Positions 19,404-28,680 of a stretch of 64,000 nucleotides of DNA are shown in pieces. A program made the translations under genes and the position numbers. The notes under the pieces are model-generated. The model searched no databases. It worked only from the letters and a program-made list of their open reading frames with translations, and was not told the DNA's origin. Source of the DNA: an uncultured Candidatus Saccharibacteria bacterium (GTDB taxonomy: Bacteria > Patescibacteriota > SOKK01); contig CAZFJP010000003.1 in the NCBI GenBank assembly GCA_964518965.1, positions 25,508 through 89,507 of the forward strand, written 5' to 3'. Positions within the stretch are counted from its first letter, which is position 1, and the number at the start of each line of letters is the position of its first letter.

Positions 19404-20324
19404 ATGTTTATTACAACTGCCAGTAGAGTTATAAAGATGGGTTTCGTTAGTTTTTGGCGAAATAGTTTTTTGAGCCTAACTACCACTGCTATTGTTACAC
19501 TTACTTTACTTGTGATTAGTTCAGTGGTAATTATTAGTTTTTTGGGAAATATTGCCTTGAGTTCTATTCAAGATAAGATTGATATCAGTGTTTATTTTAA
19601 GCATTCCACTACTGATCAAGAAATTATGGCAATTCGGGAAAAGCTTTTAATTTTAGCGGAGGTAAAAAGTGTGGAATTTGTTTCACGCGAGAAAGCTCTG
19701 GAGAGATTTAAGGAGGAACATAAAGACGATGCTTTAGTTATTGGATCATTAAAAGGAGCAAACAATCCTCTTCCGGCTAGTTTGGAAATTAAAGCAAAAG
19801 ATCCTGGTCAATATGAAACAGTCGTGCAGGTTCTCAAAGATCCTTTTTATGAATCACTCATTGCCCAGGATGGTATCAATTATTATCAGAATAAAGCTAA
19901 AATTGATCGATTAGCTTCTGCTACTACTTTTATGCGCAAAGTAGGTTTTGGTTTGAGTTTGGGATTTATCCTGATTGCTCTTCTGGTGGTATTTAATTCT
20001 ATCCGAGTGACGATTTATACTCGTCGGGAAGAAATTGAAATTATGCAATTGGTTGGTGCTAGTAGTTGGTACATTCGCTGGCCCTTTGTTTTAGAAGGCG
20101 CGCTGTACGGGATTTTTGCTGCGGTGATCTGTTTTGCAGTTATTATTCCTCTTATTTACTTTTTCTCTCCGCAGGTAATGAAATATCTCGGTGGAGAGGG
20201 AGTAAATATGATTGGTGCTTTGAAAAGTAGTTTAATTATTTTGGTGGTTTTTCAGTTTTTAATGGGGATCGTAATTGGGATAGGGAGTAGTTTGGTGGCA
20301 ATTCACCGCCATCTGAAAATATGA
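19404..20324 (+). CDS. ftsX: Cell division permease FtsX
   Basis: SREKALERF, NPLPAS, NSIRVTIYTRREEIEIMQLVGAS.WYIRWPFVLEG. Confidence 0.93.
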   Translation: MFITTASRVIKMGFVSFWRNSFLSLTTTAIVTLTLLVISSVVIISFLGNIALSSIQDKIDISVYFKHSTTDQEIMAIREKLLILAEVKSVEFVSREKALERFKEEHKDDALVIGSLKGANNPLPASLEIKAKDPGQYETVVQVLKDPFYESLIAQDGINYYQNKAKIDRLASATTFMRKVGFGLSLGFILIALLVVFNSIRVTIYTRREEIEIMQLVGASSWYIRWPFVLEGALYGIFAAVICFAVIIPLIYFFSPQVMKYLGGEGVNMIGALKSSLIILVVFQFLMGIVIGIGSSLVAIHRHLKI

Positions 20325-20350
20325 TAATTGGTAAGGAAGTGTTGAGGAAA

Positions 20351-20384
20351 CAAAAAACAGTGCCATTTTAGGCACTATTTTTTG
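20351..20384. terminator. Bidirectional intrinsic terminator
   Basis: caaaaaacagtgcc-atttta-ggcactattttttg. Confidence 0.8.
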
Positions 20385-20472
20385 TAAGTAAGGGCTTGTC
20401 CTGCAATGGGTGTTGCAGGAGCGAGGTTGCCCCTCCACTGTCGGGCATGAGCGCCAGGTATTCCTGAAACAA
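20352..20472 (-). ncRNA. Candidate orphan structured small RNA
   Basis: GC-rich multi-hairpin segment between a consensus promoter and a terminator; no annotated gene. Confidence 0.5.
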
Positions 20473-20477
20473 GAACT

Positions 20478-20506
20478 AGTTTAGCACACAAAAATCTCCT
20501 TGTCAA
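20478..20506 (-). promoter_or_regulatory. Sigma70-type promoter
   Basis: TTGACA-17 nt-TAAACT with extended TG. Confidence 0.7.
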
Positions 20507-20522
20507 GAAATATGCGATTTAT

Positions 20523-20551
20523 TTGACAAAAACGGTTATTTTTGGTAAGAT
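20523..20551 (+). promoter_or_regulatory. Sigma70-type promoter for the CHAP hydrolase gene
   Basis: TTGACA-17 nt-TAAGAT with extended TG. Confidence 0.7.
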
Positions 20552-20641
20552 TAAGAAGAAAGGGGAAGAATCCCGAAATTAGCGATAAATTAGTAAAGTT
20601 TTGATTATAAGCTAATTTCAGGTTTCTTTTTCCTTCTCAAT

Positions 20642-21799
20642 ATGCTTCAACAAAGCTCCAAAAGAGTTTACTCTAAAACCAAGAGATTTGTGATATCTTG
20701 CTTGGTTTTTCTTTTTATTGTAGTTTTTTGTGTTCCCAAAGTAGAGGCAGATTCCTTGAATCAGAAACAGTGGGAGTTAGACCAAATTAATCAGAAAATT
20801 GCTGAGTATCAGAAGCAAATTGATGCTAAGCAGAGTAAGATTAATTCTCTGAACAGTCAAATTAGCTTGATGAACAGTCAGATTGCTAAGTTAAATCTAG
20901 AGATCAAAGCGACTGATTTAGAGATTAAACAAAACGGGGTAAAGATTAAAGAAGTTACGGAAAAGATTGTAACCAAACAAAAGGAAATCAAACACCAGAC
21001 CGAAATTGTCGGGCGTTTGATTCTCTTAATGTACCAACAGGAACAAAAGGGGTTGTTGGAAATTATTTTGGAGAGTAACAATTTTTCGCACTTTCTTGAC
21101 CAGTTGACTTATCTTGAAATTGTTGAGAAACAAGGTCAGGAGGCACTTGATTACTTGAAAAAATTAAAAGAGGAATTAGATAAGGAAAAGAAAACTTTAG
21201 TAGAAGCAAAAAAGACTTTAAATAAATTAAAGGATAAACAAATTGCTCAGAAGCAAAGTTTAGTTTCTCAAAAGAATACTAAAAATCAATTACTTGCTAA
21301 AACTCGCGGTGAAGAAGCGGCTTATCAGGCAATGATTCAAGAAAGTTATCGCCAAGCAGCAGTAGTTCAGGCACAAATCGCGGAAATTATTGCTCGCCGT
21401 ACCGGTTCTGCTCCCCATGGTGGCTATGGCACTGGTGGTTATCCTTGGCATGGTCAGCATGGAGTTGATCCGTGGGGCTTTTATATGGGACAATGTACTT
21501 CTTATGCTGCTTGGAAATGGTCTACTTTAGGTCGGACGGTTACTTGGAGAGGCCATGCTCGTGATTGGGCTTCCCGCGCCGCGGCACAAGGATATCGAGT
21601 TGATCAGTCGCCACGTTCGGGAAACATCATTTGTTTCTTGGATTTATCTTATTATGGTCATGTTGGTATCGTCGAATCAGTTTCCGGAAGCCAAGTGACT
21701 TTTACTGATTATAACGGCTGGGGTGGTTCGGAAGAGTTTGGTTGGGGAACAATTAATTATCGCAGTGGACAATGGGGAAGGATTTATTTCATTCATTAA
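20642..21799 (+). CDS. PcsB/CwlO-like coiled-coil plus CHAP peptidoglycan hydrolase
   Basis: Signal peptide, long coiled coil, GQCTSYAAW...GHA..W...YGHVGIVE; next to ftsX. Confidence 0.9.
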   Translation: MLQQSSKRVYSKTKRFVISCLVFLFIVVFCVPKVEADSLNQKQWELDQINQKIAEYQKQIDAKQSKINSLNSQISLMNSQIAKLNLEIKATDLEIKQNGVKIKEVTEKIVTKQKEIKHQTEIVGRLILLMYQQEQKGLLEIILESNNFSHFLDQLTYLEIVEKQGQEALDYLKKLKEELDKEKKTLVEAKKTLNKLKDKQIAQKQSLVSQKNTKNQLLAKTRGEEAAYQAMIQESYRQAAVVQAQIAEIIARRTGSAPHGGYGTGGYPWHGQHGVDPWGFYMGQCTSYAAWKWSTLGRTVTWRGHARDWASRAAAQGYRVDQSPRSGNIICFLDLSYYGHVGIVESVSGSQVTFTDYNGWGGSEEFGWGTINYRSGQWGRIYFIH

Positions 21800-21868
21800 T
21801 TATTGAAGATAATAAACGAGAGTAGTAGTTGAAAAGGTAGGGGGATTTATTATTATTTAATTTAGTAA

Positions 21869-23065
21869 TTGATCATTAATTTAATGGGTGATTATTTAGA
21901 AAGAAAAGTAATTCGTTTTTTGAAGAAGCATCAGAATGGAGTGTTAGTTTTAATGGCGACGATGTTTCTGTTTTTAATTGCCTTGGGTCAGGTTCTGCCA
22001 ACGCAAGCAGCTTTGACTTTTGAATCAAAAGAGAAACCTCATCCGGTGTGGGATCATGTTGTAACGAAAGTAGCGATTTCCTTTGCTGATCAAAAATACC
22101 ATTTTTTTACTCGAGCGAACAGCTTGCAGGAAGCATTGGTAAAGCAAGGGTTAATCTTGGATCAACGTGATCTGGTTGAACCCAGTCCCAAGACAGTTCT
22201 TTCTGGCGGGGAGTTAAGTGTCTCAGTGGATAAAGCTGAACCTGTAGTAGTGATTGATAATAACTTGCGTTTTGAAACTAAGGCATGTGGAGAAACTGTT
22301 GGTGAGATTTTGGATAATCTCAAGTTGAAGATTCATCCCAAAGATATTGTAATGCCGCCCAAAGATAGTGTCTATCTTCCCGGTAGTGAAATTGCGATCG
22401 CCCGTGCTAAACGAGTTACTATTTTTAATTATGACCAAGAAATTAGGTATTATACTAATGCCGGTACTGTTGGTGACGTTTTGAGAGAAGTAGGAATTGC
22501 GCTAAAATCTATAGATCAAATCAAACCTAGCTTGAATCATAGTGTTTCCGACCGTTTGGTAATTCATATTTTCCATAAGGGGGAAGAGATTCTCACGGAA
22601 AAAGTACCGATTGCTTATCAGGTAACTTATCAGGATGATCCTAACCTTCCGGTCGGCGAGCAAATTATTGTCCAGCAGGGAAGGGATGGGGAAAAAGAAC
22701 AAACCTTAAAAGTCGTTCGCTATAACGGTCGCATTGTTCAGTATCTGGTTTTACGAGAGAAAGTGCTCAAAGAGCCCCGATCAGCAATTATCAAACGTGG
22801 TATCAAGTTTGAGGGTGTTTCCGAGACCGGTTATGCTAGTTGGTATGATTGGGTCAGCGGCATGACGGCAGCGCATCGCACTTTGCCCAAAGGAACAAGG
22901 GTGAGAGTGATTAATCTAGACAATGGTCGTTCCTGCATCGTTACCATTATTGATCGCGGTCCTTGGAAACCAGAGCGTATTATTGATGTCTCAAAACAGG
23001 CAGCGGGAGTGTTGGGATTTATTTCGCGGGGGGTGGCGTTGGTGAGGATTGAAGTGTTACATTAA
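21869..23065 (+). CDS. DUF348 x3 + G5 + RlpA-like lytic transglycosylase (YabE/RpfB-like architecture)
   Basis: TVGE(I/V)L repeats, G5 (Q.GRDG.K), GYASWY..MTAAHRTLP.GT.VRV.N....I.DRGP....IID.S. Confidence 0.88.
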   Translation: MIINLMGDYLERKVIRFLKKHQNGVLVLMATMFLFLIALGQVLPTQAALTFESKEKPHPVWDHVVTKVAISFADQKYHFFTRANSLQEALVKQGLILDQRDLVEPSPKTVLSGGELSVSVDKAEPVVVIDNNLRFETKACGETVGEILDNLKLKIHPKDIVMPPKDSVYLPGSEIAIARAKRVTIFNYDQEIRYYTNAGTVGDVLREVGIALKSIDQIKPSLNHSVSDRLVIHIFHKGEEILTEKVPIAYQVTYQDDPNLPVGEQIIVQQGRDGEKEQTLKVVRYNGRIVQYLVLREKVLKEPRSAIIKRGIKFEGVSETGYASWYDWVSGMTAAHRTLPKGTRVRVINLDNGRSCIVTIIDRGPWKPERIIDVSKQAAGVLGFISRGVALVRIEVLH

Positions 23066-23086
23066 TAAATAATAGATTTTATAATT

Positions 23087-23114
23087 GTAGAGACGTGCCA
23101 TGGTACGTCTCTAC
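23087..23114. repeat. REP-like GTAG palindrome
   Basis: gtagagacgtgccatggtacgtctctac. Confidence 0.8.
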
Positions 23115-23119
23115 TTTGT

Positions 23120-23902
23120 TTGAATAAGGTGATGGTTAGTAGTCAACGATTTAGGGCAAAAAAGTCTCTCGGTCAACATTTTTTGGTGGATTTAAACGTT
23201 GTTGATAAAATTATTGCAGCGCTTGACTTGAAAGATAATGACATTGTTCTTGAAATCGGTCCTGGTAAAGGGATTTTAACCGAATCAATTTTGCCGGAGG
23301 TAAAAAAAGTAATTGCGGTGGAGAAAGATAATCAATTATCAGAGGAATTAGCAAGGCGTTTCGGAACTAATGTTAATTTTGAACTGGTACGAGCTGACTT
23401 TTTGGATTGGAATCTTTCAAGATTGCAGCATTTTAAGATTAAAGTAGTTGGCAATCTTCCTTATAATCAAAGCAAGCCAATTTTACGTCGGCTTTTAGAA
23501 TCGCAGCTAAATGTTGAGTTAGTGGTTTTGATGTTACAGCGAGAAGTGGCCGAGAAAATTTTGAATCCTATTAAGAATAATTTATTTAGCTTAATGATTT
23601 CAGTATTTGCTAAAGCGGAGAAAATAATTTTGGTGAAGCCAAACGCGTTTGTTCCGCAACCGAAAGTAGATTCGCTTATAATCAAACTAGTTCCTTATCA
23701 AAAGCCATTGATTATAAAAGAAGACCAACTACAATTTTTTGCTTTAATTAAAAAAGCTTTTCGCTTTCCACGCAAAAAGCTTTTGAACAATTTACCGGAG
23801 TTGAGAGAGGTAGATTTAACTAGAATCGGATTAAATCCAAATGTAAGGGCGGAGGATTTACGGTTAGATCAGTGGATAGAGCTGTTAAGATTATCTAGAT
23901 AA
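23120..23902 (+). CDS. rsmA: 16S rRNA adenine dimethyltransferase
   Basis: KKSLGQHFL, LEIGPGKG, VVGNLPY, MLQREVA, F.PQPKVDS; true start may be a few codons later. Confidence 0.95.
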   Translation: MNKVMVSSQRFRAKKSLGQHFLVDLNVVDKIIAALDLKDNDIVLEIGPGKGILTESILPEVKKVIAVEKDNQLSEELARRFGTNVNFELVRADFLDWNLSRLQHFKIKVVGNLPYNQSKPILRRLLESQLNVELVVLMLQREVAEKILNPIKNNLFSLMISVFAKAEKIILVKPNAFVPQPKVDSLIIKLVPYQKPLIIKEDQLQFFALIKKAFRFPRKKLLNNLPELREVDLTRIGLNPNVRAEDLRLDQWIELLRLSR

Positions 23903-24416
23903 TCTCATCTGCCAATTCTTTAAGACCTTTACTCTTCTCCAGTTCTTCAATCATAATATAGTGCGGCGTTACTTTGATGATCTTATTCCAAGGAATCAAG
24001 CGCTCCGTTTCTAGAAGACCTTTGAGGGAGGTGATCTCAATAGAGAGGCGACTGATCTGACCAATCTCTAAATCTAAAGTCAGGTCAAGCACTTTGCCGA
24101 TTTTCCGTTTTTGAGTATTAACCACTTTTTGATCAACCCATTTGAAATGTTGTTTTAGGATTTCCTGCACCCGCACAATTTCTTCAACGGGAATTAGGGA
24201 CTGGTTATTCTGAATAAGAATAAATTCTTCTTCCCACTTTAGAATATCTTGAGGGAGTAAAGCTAATTTGGGACTAAAAAATCCTGTTTTGATGAGCAAG
24301 CACAGAATTTTGCCATCTTGGGGATTAATGGCAAGATCAAGGACACTTCCCACTTTTACTTCTTGGTCTAGGGAAACTATTGGTAAATCTTTAATTGTAC
24401 TGAAATTAACTAACAT
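23895..24416 (-). CDS. PRC-barrel domain protein (two domains)
   Basis: Two ..G.V.DL.(I/L)(N/D)...G.I repeats. Confidence 0.75.
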   Translation of the reverse strand: MLVNFSTIKDLPIVSLDQEVKVGSVLDLAINPQDGKILCLLIKTGFFSPKLALLPQDILKWEEEFILIQNNQSLIPVEEIVRVQEILKQHFKWVDQKVVNTQKRKIGKVLDLTLDLEIGQISRLSIEITSLKGLLETERLIPWNKIIKVTPHYIMIEELEKSKGLKELADEII

Positions 24417-24442
24417 AAAGCTCCCCCTGGAATTATTTGGAC

Positions 24443-24631
24443 TTAATCAATCCAGATACAACCCAGTGGGCAGTTCTCAGCGCAGGTACCATCGCCATCG
24501 CAGTTCTCGGGATGGATGACTCTTACTTTTCCATCCTCAATCCTTAAGACATTTCGTTTGCAGGTCTCAACGCACTTTCCGCAGTTATTACAGACGCTGT
24601 AATCAATTTCTGGTGTTAAATTGGAGTCCAT
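24443..24631 (-). CDS. 4Fe-4S ferredoxin
   Basis: CNNCGKCVETC and CDGDGTCAENCP. Confidence 0.88.
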   Translation of the reverse strand: MDSNLTPEIDYSVCNNCGKCVETCKRNVLRIEDGKVRVIHPENCDGDGTCAENCPLGCIWID

Positions 24632-24753
24632 AACTTTTGGTTAAGTTCCCTTTTGATAATAGCATAAAAGCAATGGGTAATGTATAATGGCTAATGAATG
24701 ATAGGCAATCGCTCATTAGTCATTAATCATTAGTCATTAATCATTATTTTTTT

Positions 24754-25575
24754 ATGTCTATTATTCAAGCAATTGTTTTAGGTATTGTTCAGGGAATTAC
24801 CGAGTTTTTACCAATTAGTTCATCCGGTCACTTGGTAATAATAGAGGATGTTTTGGGTTGGGAAAATCCCGGGATCTTTTTTGATGTTGTTCTGCATTGG
24901 GGTACTCTTATTGTATTGTTAGTTTATTTTCGGAAGGAATGGGTTAGGTTAATCAAAATGCTTCCCGATTTCTTTCGTTCTTTTTCGGGAAAAGCAGCAT
25001 TAAAGACAGAAGAATTTTTGTTAACAAAAGTATTAGTCGGTATTATTCCCGCAGTAATAGTTGGATTTTTTACTGCTGATCTTTTGGAAAAATATTTTCG
25101 TAATCTTTTTGTTGTAGCTGGCTGGATGTTTCTAATGGGAATTGTGTTTATTTTTGCTGAATCTGTAGCAAAACTGCACAAACGTTTAGCGGAGATTACT
25201 CTTTTAGATTCTCTGATTATCGGTGTAGCTCAAATTTTTGCTCTCATTCCAGGAGTTTCTCGTTCAGGAGTTACAATTAGTGCGGCATTGCTGCGGGGGG
25301 TGCGCCGAGCAATAGCGGCTAAGTTTTCCTTTATGATGGGTGCACCATTGATTTTTGGAGCAGGGCTTTATTCTTTCGTACGTTTTATTCAGAAGGGTGT
25401 TTTTCAGGAAAGCATTTGGTTTTTTATTGCTGGTTTTCTTGCGGCAGTTGTATTTAGCTACCTAGCAGTAGGGTTTTTGATGCGTTATTTAAGAAAGCAC
25501 TCACTTTTTGCTTTTGCCTATTACCTTTTTGCAGTGGCAATAGTGCTTGTGGTATTGGGAATTGTAGCTTTATAG
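24754..25575 (+). CDS. uppP: Undecaprenyl-diphosphate phosphatase
   Basis: GIVQGITEFLPISSSGH, PGVSRSGVTI. Confidence 0.96.
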   Translation: MSIIQAIVLGIVQGITEFLPISSSGHLVIIEDVLGWENPGIFFDVVLHWGTLIVLLVYFRKEWVRLIKMLPDFFRSFSGKAALKTEEFLLTKVLVGIIPAVIVGFFTADLLEKYFRNLFVVAGWMFLMGIVFIFAESVAKLHKRLAEITLLDSLIIGVAQIFALIPGVSRSGVTISAALLRGVRRAIAAKFSFMMGAPLIFGAGLYSFVRFIQKGVFQESIWFFIAGFLAAVVFSYLAVGFLMRYLRKHSLFAFAYYLFAVAIVLVVLGIVAL

Positions 25576-25676
25576 AGTAGCTAATCTCGGATTTTAAGAT
25601 TCAAGGTTGCCCAACTTTAAAAATTTGAACTTTAAGCTTCTTTCTTCTGGTAGATATAACTTTTAACCATTTATAA

Positions 25677-26297
25677 ATGTTTGCGGAAATCATCACTGTT
25701 GTTAGTGACTTTATTATTACGCTCATCTCAAGTTTGGGCTATTTTGGAGTGGTAATTGCAATGGCAATTGAGAGTGCCTGTATCCCTCTTCCTTCCGAGA
25801 TTATCTTACCCTTCTCGGGTTTTTTAGTTTATCAAGGGCGGTTTAATTTGTGGCTGGCAGCACTGGCGGGAACGCTTGGTTGCTTAATTGGTTCATTGGT
25901 TGCTTATTACATTGGTGTTTGGGGTAGTCGGCCATTAGTGGAAAAGTACGGTAGGTATATTTTGATCTCTCATCACGATTTGGATTGGGCAGACCGTTGG
26001 TTTAAAAAGTATGGCGAGGTTACAATTTTCTTCAGTCGGCTTCTTCCAATTATCCGTACCTTTATCTCGCTACCAGCAGGGATTGCCAAGATGAACATCT
26101 GGCGCTTTATTATTTATACAGTGTTAGGTTCTTTCCCATGGTGCTTGTTTTTGGTTTATGTTGGCTATCGTTTGGGAGCGCACTGGGAAAATATTAAAAC
26201 TTATTTTCATCGTTTTGATTTGGTGATTGGGATTGTTTTGATTTTAGGAGCTGGGTGGTATGTGGGGAGGCATATTAAAAATTTAAGAAAAGGATAG
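25677..26297 (+). CDS. DedA family membrane protein
   Basis: ESACIPLPSE, F.KYG...IFFSRLLPIIRTFISLPAG. Confidence 0.93.
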   Translation: MFAEIITVVSDFIITLISSLGYFGVVIAMAIESACIPLPSEIILPFSGFLVYQGRFNLWLAALAGTLGCLIGSLVAYYIGVWGSRPLVEKYGRYILISHHDLDWADRWFKKYGEVTIFFSRLLPIIRTFISLPAGIAKMNIWRFIIYTVLGSFPWCLFLVYVGYRLGAHWENIKTYFHRFDLVIGIVLILGAGWYVGRHIKNLRKG

Positions 26298-26330
26298 AGT
26301 AGATAATTATTTTAAATTATTTTAGGATTT

Positions 26331-26362
26331 CAAAAACGCTTCAGAATACAGAAGCGTTTTTT
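26331..26362. terminator. Bidirectional intrinsic terminator
   Basis: caaaaacgcttc-agaataca-gaagcgtttttt between convergent genes. Confidence 0.75.
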
Positions 26363-26380
26363 GATTAGATTTCATTTTGT

Positions 26381-26644
26381 TTAATAATGATGCCGGATGG
26401 GGAATTCCCTCCTTGTTTTTTTAAAAAACCATTGATAGATTCCGTAGAGCCAGCTGAAAACAAAGAGGATGCTTGTTATGAATACGCCCCATTGGTGATT
26501 GATAATTGCAGTAATAATCCAAAATGGTTGTGAAAAGAGTCCGATAACGAATCCCCATTTATTCTTTTTTCCAACAAGAATGATTGCGCTTACTGACATT
26601 ACTGTTAAACCAATTTGAGCAATGAAATCAAGATCAATGTTCAT
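26381..26644 (-). CDS. Small three-TM protein, PnuC/SemiSWEET-like half transporter
   Basis: KKNKWGFVIGL.SQPFW...YGIYQW pattern. Confidence 0.55.
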   Translation of the reverse strand: MNIDLDFIAQIGLTVMSVSAIILVGKKNKWGFVIGLFSQPFWIITAIINHQWGVFITSILFVFSWLYGIYQWFFKKTRREFPIRHHY

Positions 26645-27326
26645 TTTTTGTTAAAATTAACTTATTTAGATACATGAATGGGATATTGATTAGACCAACC
26701 AGCCATTTGACTAGCATTTGTCCCAGTATTAGTGTTCCCAGTGGCATTAGCCCTGCGAAAGCAAGAGGAATAAAAATAAGTGTGTCTAACGCTAAAGCGG
26801 GGATGGAACTAAAGGCATTGCGACTCCAAAGATATTTTCCTTTCGTAAGTTTTTTAAACCAGGCAAAAACATAAGCGTCAAAATTTTCAGAAATGAGAAA
26901 AGCAATCCAACTTGCGAGGGTGATTCTTGGAACGAGGTTGAAAATTTTTTCCCAACTTTCCTGCAAGTTCCAAAATGGCGCCGGTGGGAATTTTACTCCC
27001 AGCCAGAAAAAGAAGACCATTGTTATCTGTGAAACAAAAGCAATTAAAATCATTTTTTGGGTCTCTTTGCGCCCAAATTTTTCATTGACAATATCGGTAA
27101 GGAGATAGGTAATTGAGAAAACAATTAAGCCACTGGGTCCACTGAATTCTCTGAAACCAAGGTCAAAGGTAGATATTTTAGCCGCGAGAACTTGAGCTAC
27201 CAAAACAAAAGTAACATAAAGTCCGATTAATAAGTCGGGCTTTTGAAACTTGCGTGCATAAAAACTGCCGAGAAGAGTAATTGAGGTAATACCAACAATC
27301 CAAAGGATGAGAAGAGTAATTGACAT
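26634..27326 (-). CDS. Queuosine precursor transporter (YhhQ/VUT family)
   Basis: AAK, F.ITYLLTDIVNE.FG, PRI.LAS.IAF..SE..D, W.RN..S.....DT.IF. Confidence 0.88.
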   Translation of the reverse strand: MSITLLILWIVGITSITLLGSFYARKFQKPDLLIGLYVTFVLVAQVLAAKISTFDLGFREFSGPSGLIVFSITYLLTDIVNEKFGRKETQKMILIAFVSQITMVFFFWLGVKFPPAPFWNLQESWEKIFNLVPRITLASWIAFLISENFDAYVFAWFKKLTKGKYLWSRNAFSSIPALALDTLIFIPLAFAGLMPLGTLILGQMLVKWLVGLINIPFMYLNKLILTKNEH

Positions 27327-27328
27327 GA

Positions 27329-28444
27329 CTATTTGTTAAATTCAATCTTTTCCTTATTTGCACTGATACTTAGGATAATTCCGAAGCTAAGCATAAAGAG
27401 GAGTAGTGAACTTCCGCCGTAGCTGACCAGAGGCAGAGGAATGCCGGTGACCGGCATAATTCCAATGTTCATTCCGACATTGATTAATACTTGGAAAAGG
27501 ATAATGGTGAAGACCCCGATACTTAACAGTTTACCGAAGTTATCGGCGGCAAGTAAAATGATGCGGAAAATTCGCCAGAGCAGAATTCCAAAGATTCCTA
27601 GCAAAATGATTGCTCCAACAAATCCCAGTTCTTCCGCCAGAACAGCAAAGACAAAGTCGGTATGTTGAACGGGGAGGAAATTGAGATGACTTTGCGGACC
27701 GTAACCCAACCCGCGCCCAAAGATTCTTCCTGAACCAACCGCAATCATTGATTGAACAACATTGTATCCGCTGCCTAAGGGATCTTGTTTAGGATTAAGG
27801 AAAGAAATCAGTCGTTCTTTCTGGTAATCTTTGAGCAGGAAGAACCAGGCGAGGGGGAAGATTGCTCCTGCCCCCGCGCCTAAGAGGAGTAAATGGAGAG
27901 CGCGCACGCCGGCAATGGCTACCATCACAAGCCAGATCACAACATAACTTAAAGCAGTTCCCAGGTCTGGCTCAAGAATGACGAGAACTGTTGGAATAAG
28001 AACATAAAGACCGCTGATTAAGAAGTGTTTGAAAAATTTCATCTCGTGCAGGTGATCGGAGAAATACTTGGCGAGGATAATAATGAGAATTAATTTAGTA
28101 ATCTCGGATGGTTGGAAATTAAAGAAACCGAAACTAATCCAACGGGTAGAGCCGAGAACTGTTCTCCCAAGCATGAGTACGATTATTAAACTGATAATCG
28201 CAAAGAGATAGAGATAATTCGTTACGTTCCGCAAGCCGCGGTAGTTTACTACAGACATCATAAGCATAACTGTTAAACCAATCGTGGCGTAAATAGTTTG
28301 GTGAATAAAATTATTGTAATTCGGAGATTGATCTGCTTTGAAACTGGTACTGTAAATCAAAAGCAGCCCCGTAGAAATTAAAAGGACAACCAAGGCGATT
28401 AAGAGCCAGTCTAATCGGAAGAAATATTTAAATGAGAATTTCAT
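27329..28444 (-). CDS. rodA: Rod shape-determining protein RodA
   Basis: GSTRWI, FQPSE..K, EPDLGT, YQKERL..F..P..DPLGSGY, P..HTDFVF...EELG, P.TGIPLP.VSYGGSS. Confidence 0.95.
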   Translation of the reverse strand: MKFSFKYFFRLDWLLIALVVLLISTGLLLIYSTSFKADQSPNYNNFIHQTIYATIGLTVMLMMSVVNYRGLRNVTNYLYLFAIISLIIVLMLGRTVLGSTRWISFGFFNFQPSEITKLILIIILAKYFSDHLHEMKFFKHFLISGLYVLIPTVLVILEPDLGTALSYVVIWLVMVAIAGVRALHLLLLGAGAGAIFPLAWFFLLKDYQKERLISFLNPKQDPLGSGYNVVQSMIAVGSGRIFGRGLGYGPQSHLNFLPVQHTDFVFAVLAEELGFVGAIILLGIFGILLWRIFRIILLAADNFGKLLSIGVFTIILFQVLINVGMNIGIMPVTGIPLPLVSYGGSSLLLFMLSFGIILSISANKEKIEFNK

Positions 28445-28680
28445 AGGATAAAGGCAAAAATCAAAAATAAAAATACAAAATTGAATTAAAAAGATAAAAA
28501 TTCAAGCGTCTGTGTTTTACTTTTTCTAACTAAATAATATCTTATTTTACCTTTTACATTTAATTTTGCTTTTTGCCTTTTGCATTTTGAATTTCTGCCA
28601 AAGGCAGATTCATTATAGCTTCTTTTGAAGTAAGAAAAAACCCCCACACCAAGTGGTTGTGGGGGTAAGTTTTTACAGGA

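Noticed and set aside
20556-20637. c-di-AMP riboswitch upstream of the CHAP hydrolase
   Set aside because: Only a single long hairpin is visible; the conserved ydaO motifs are not.
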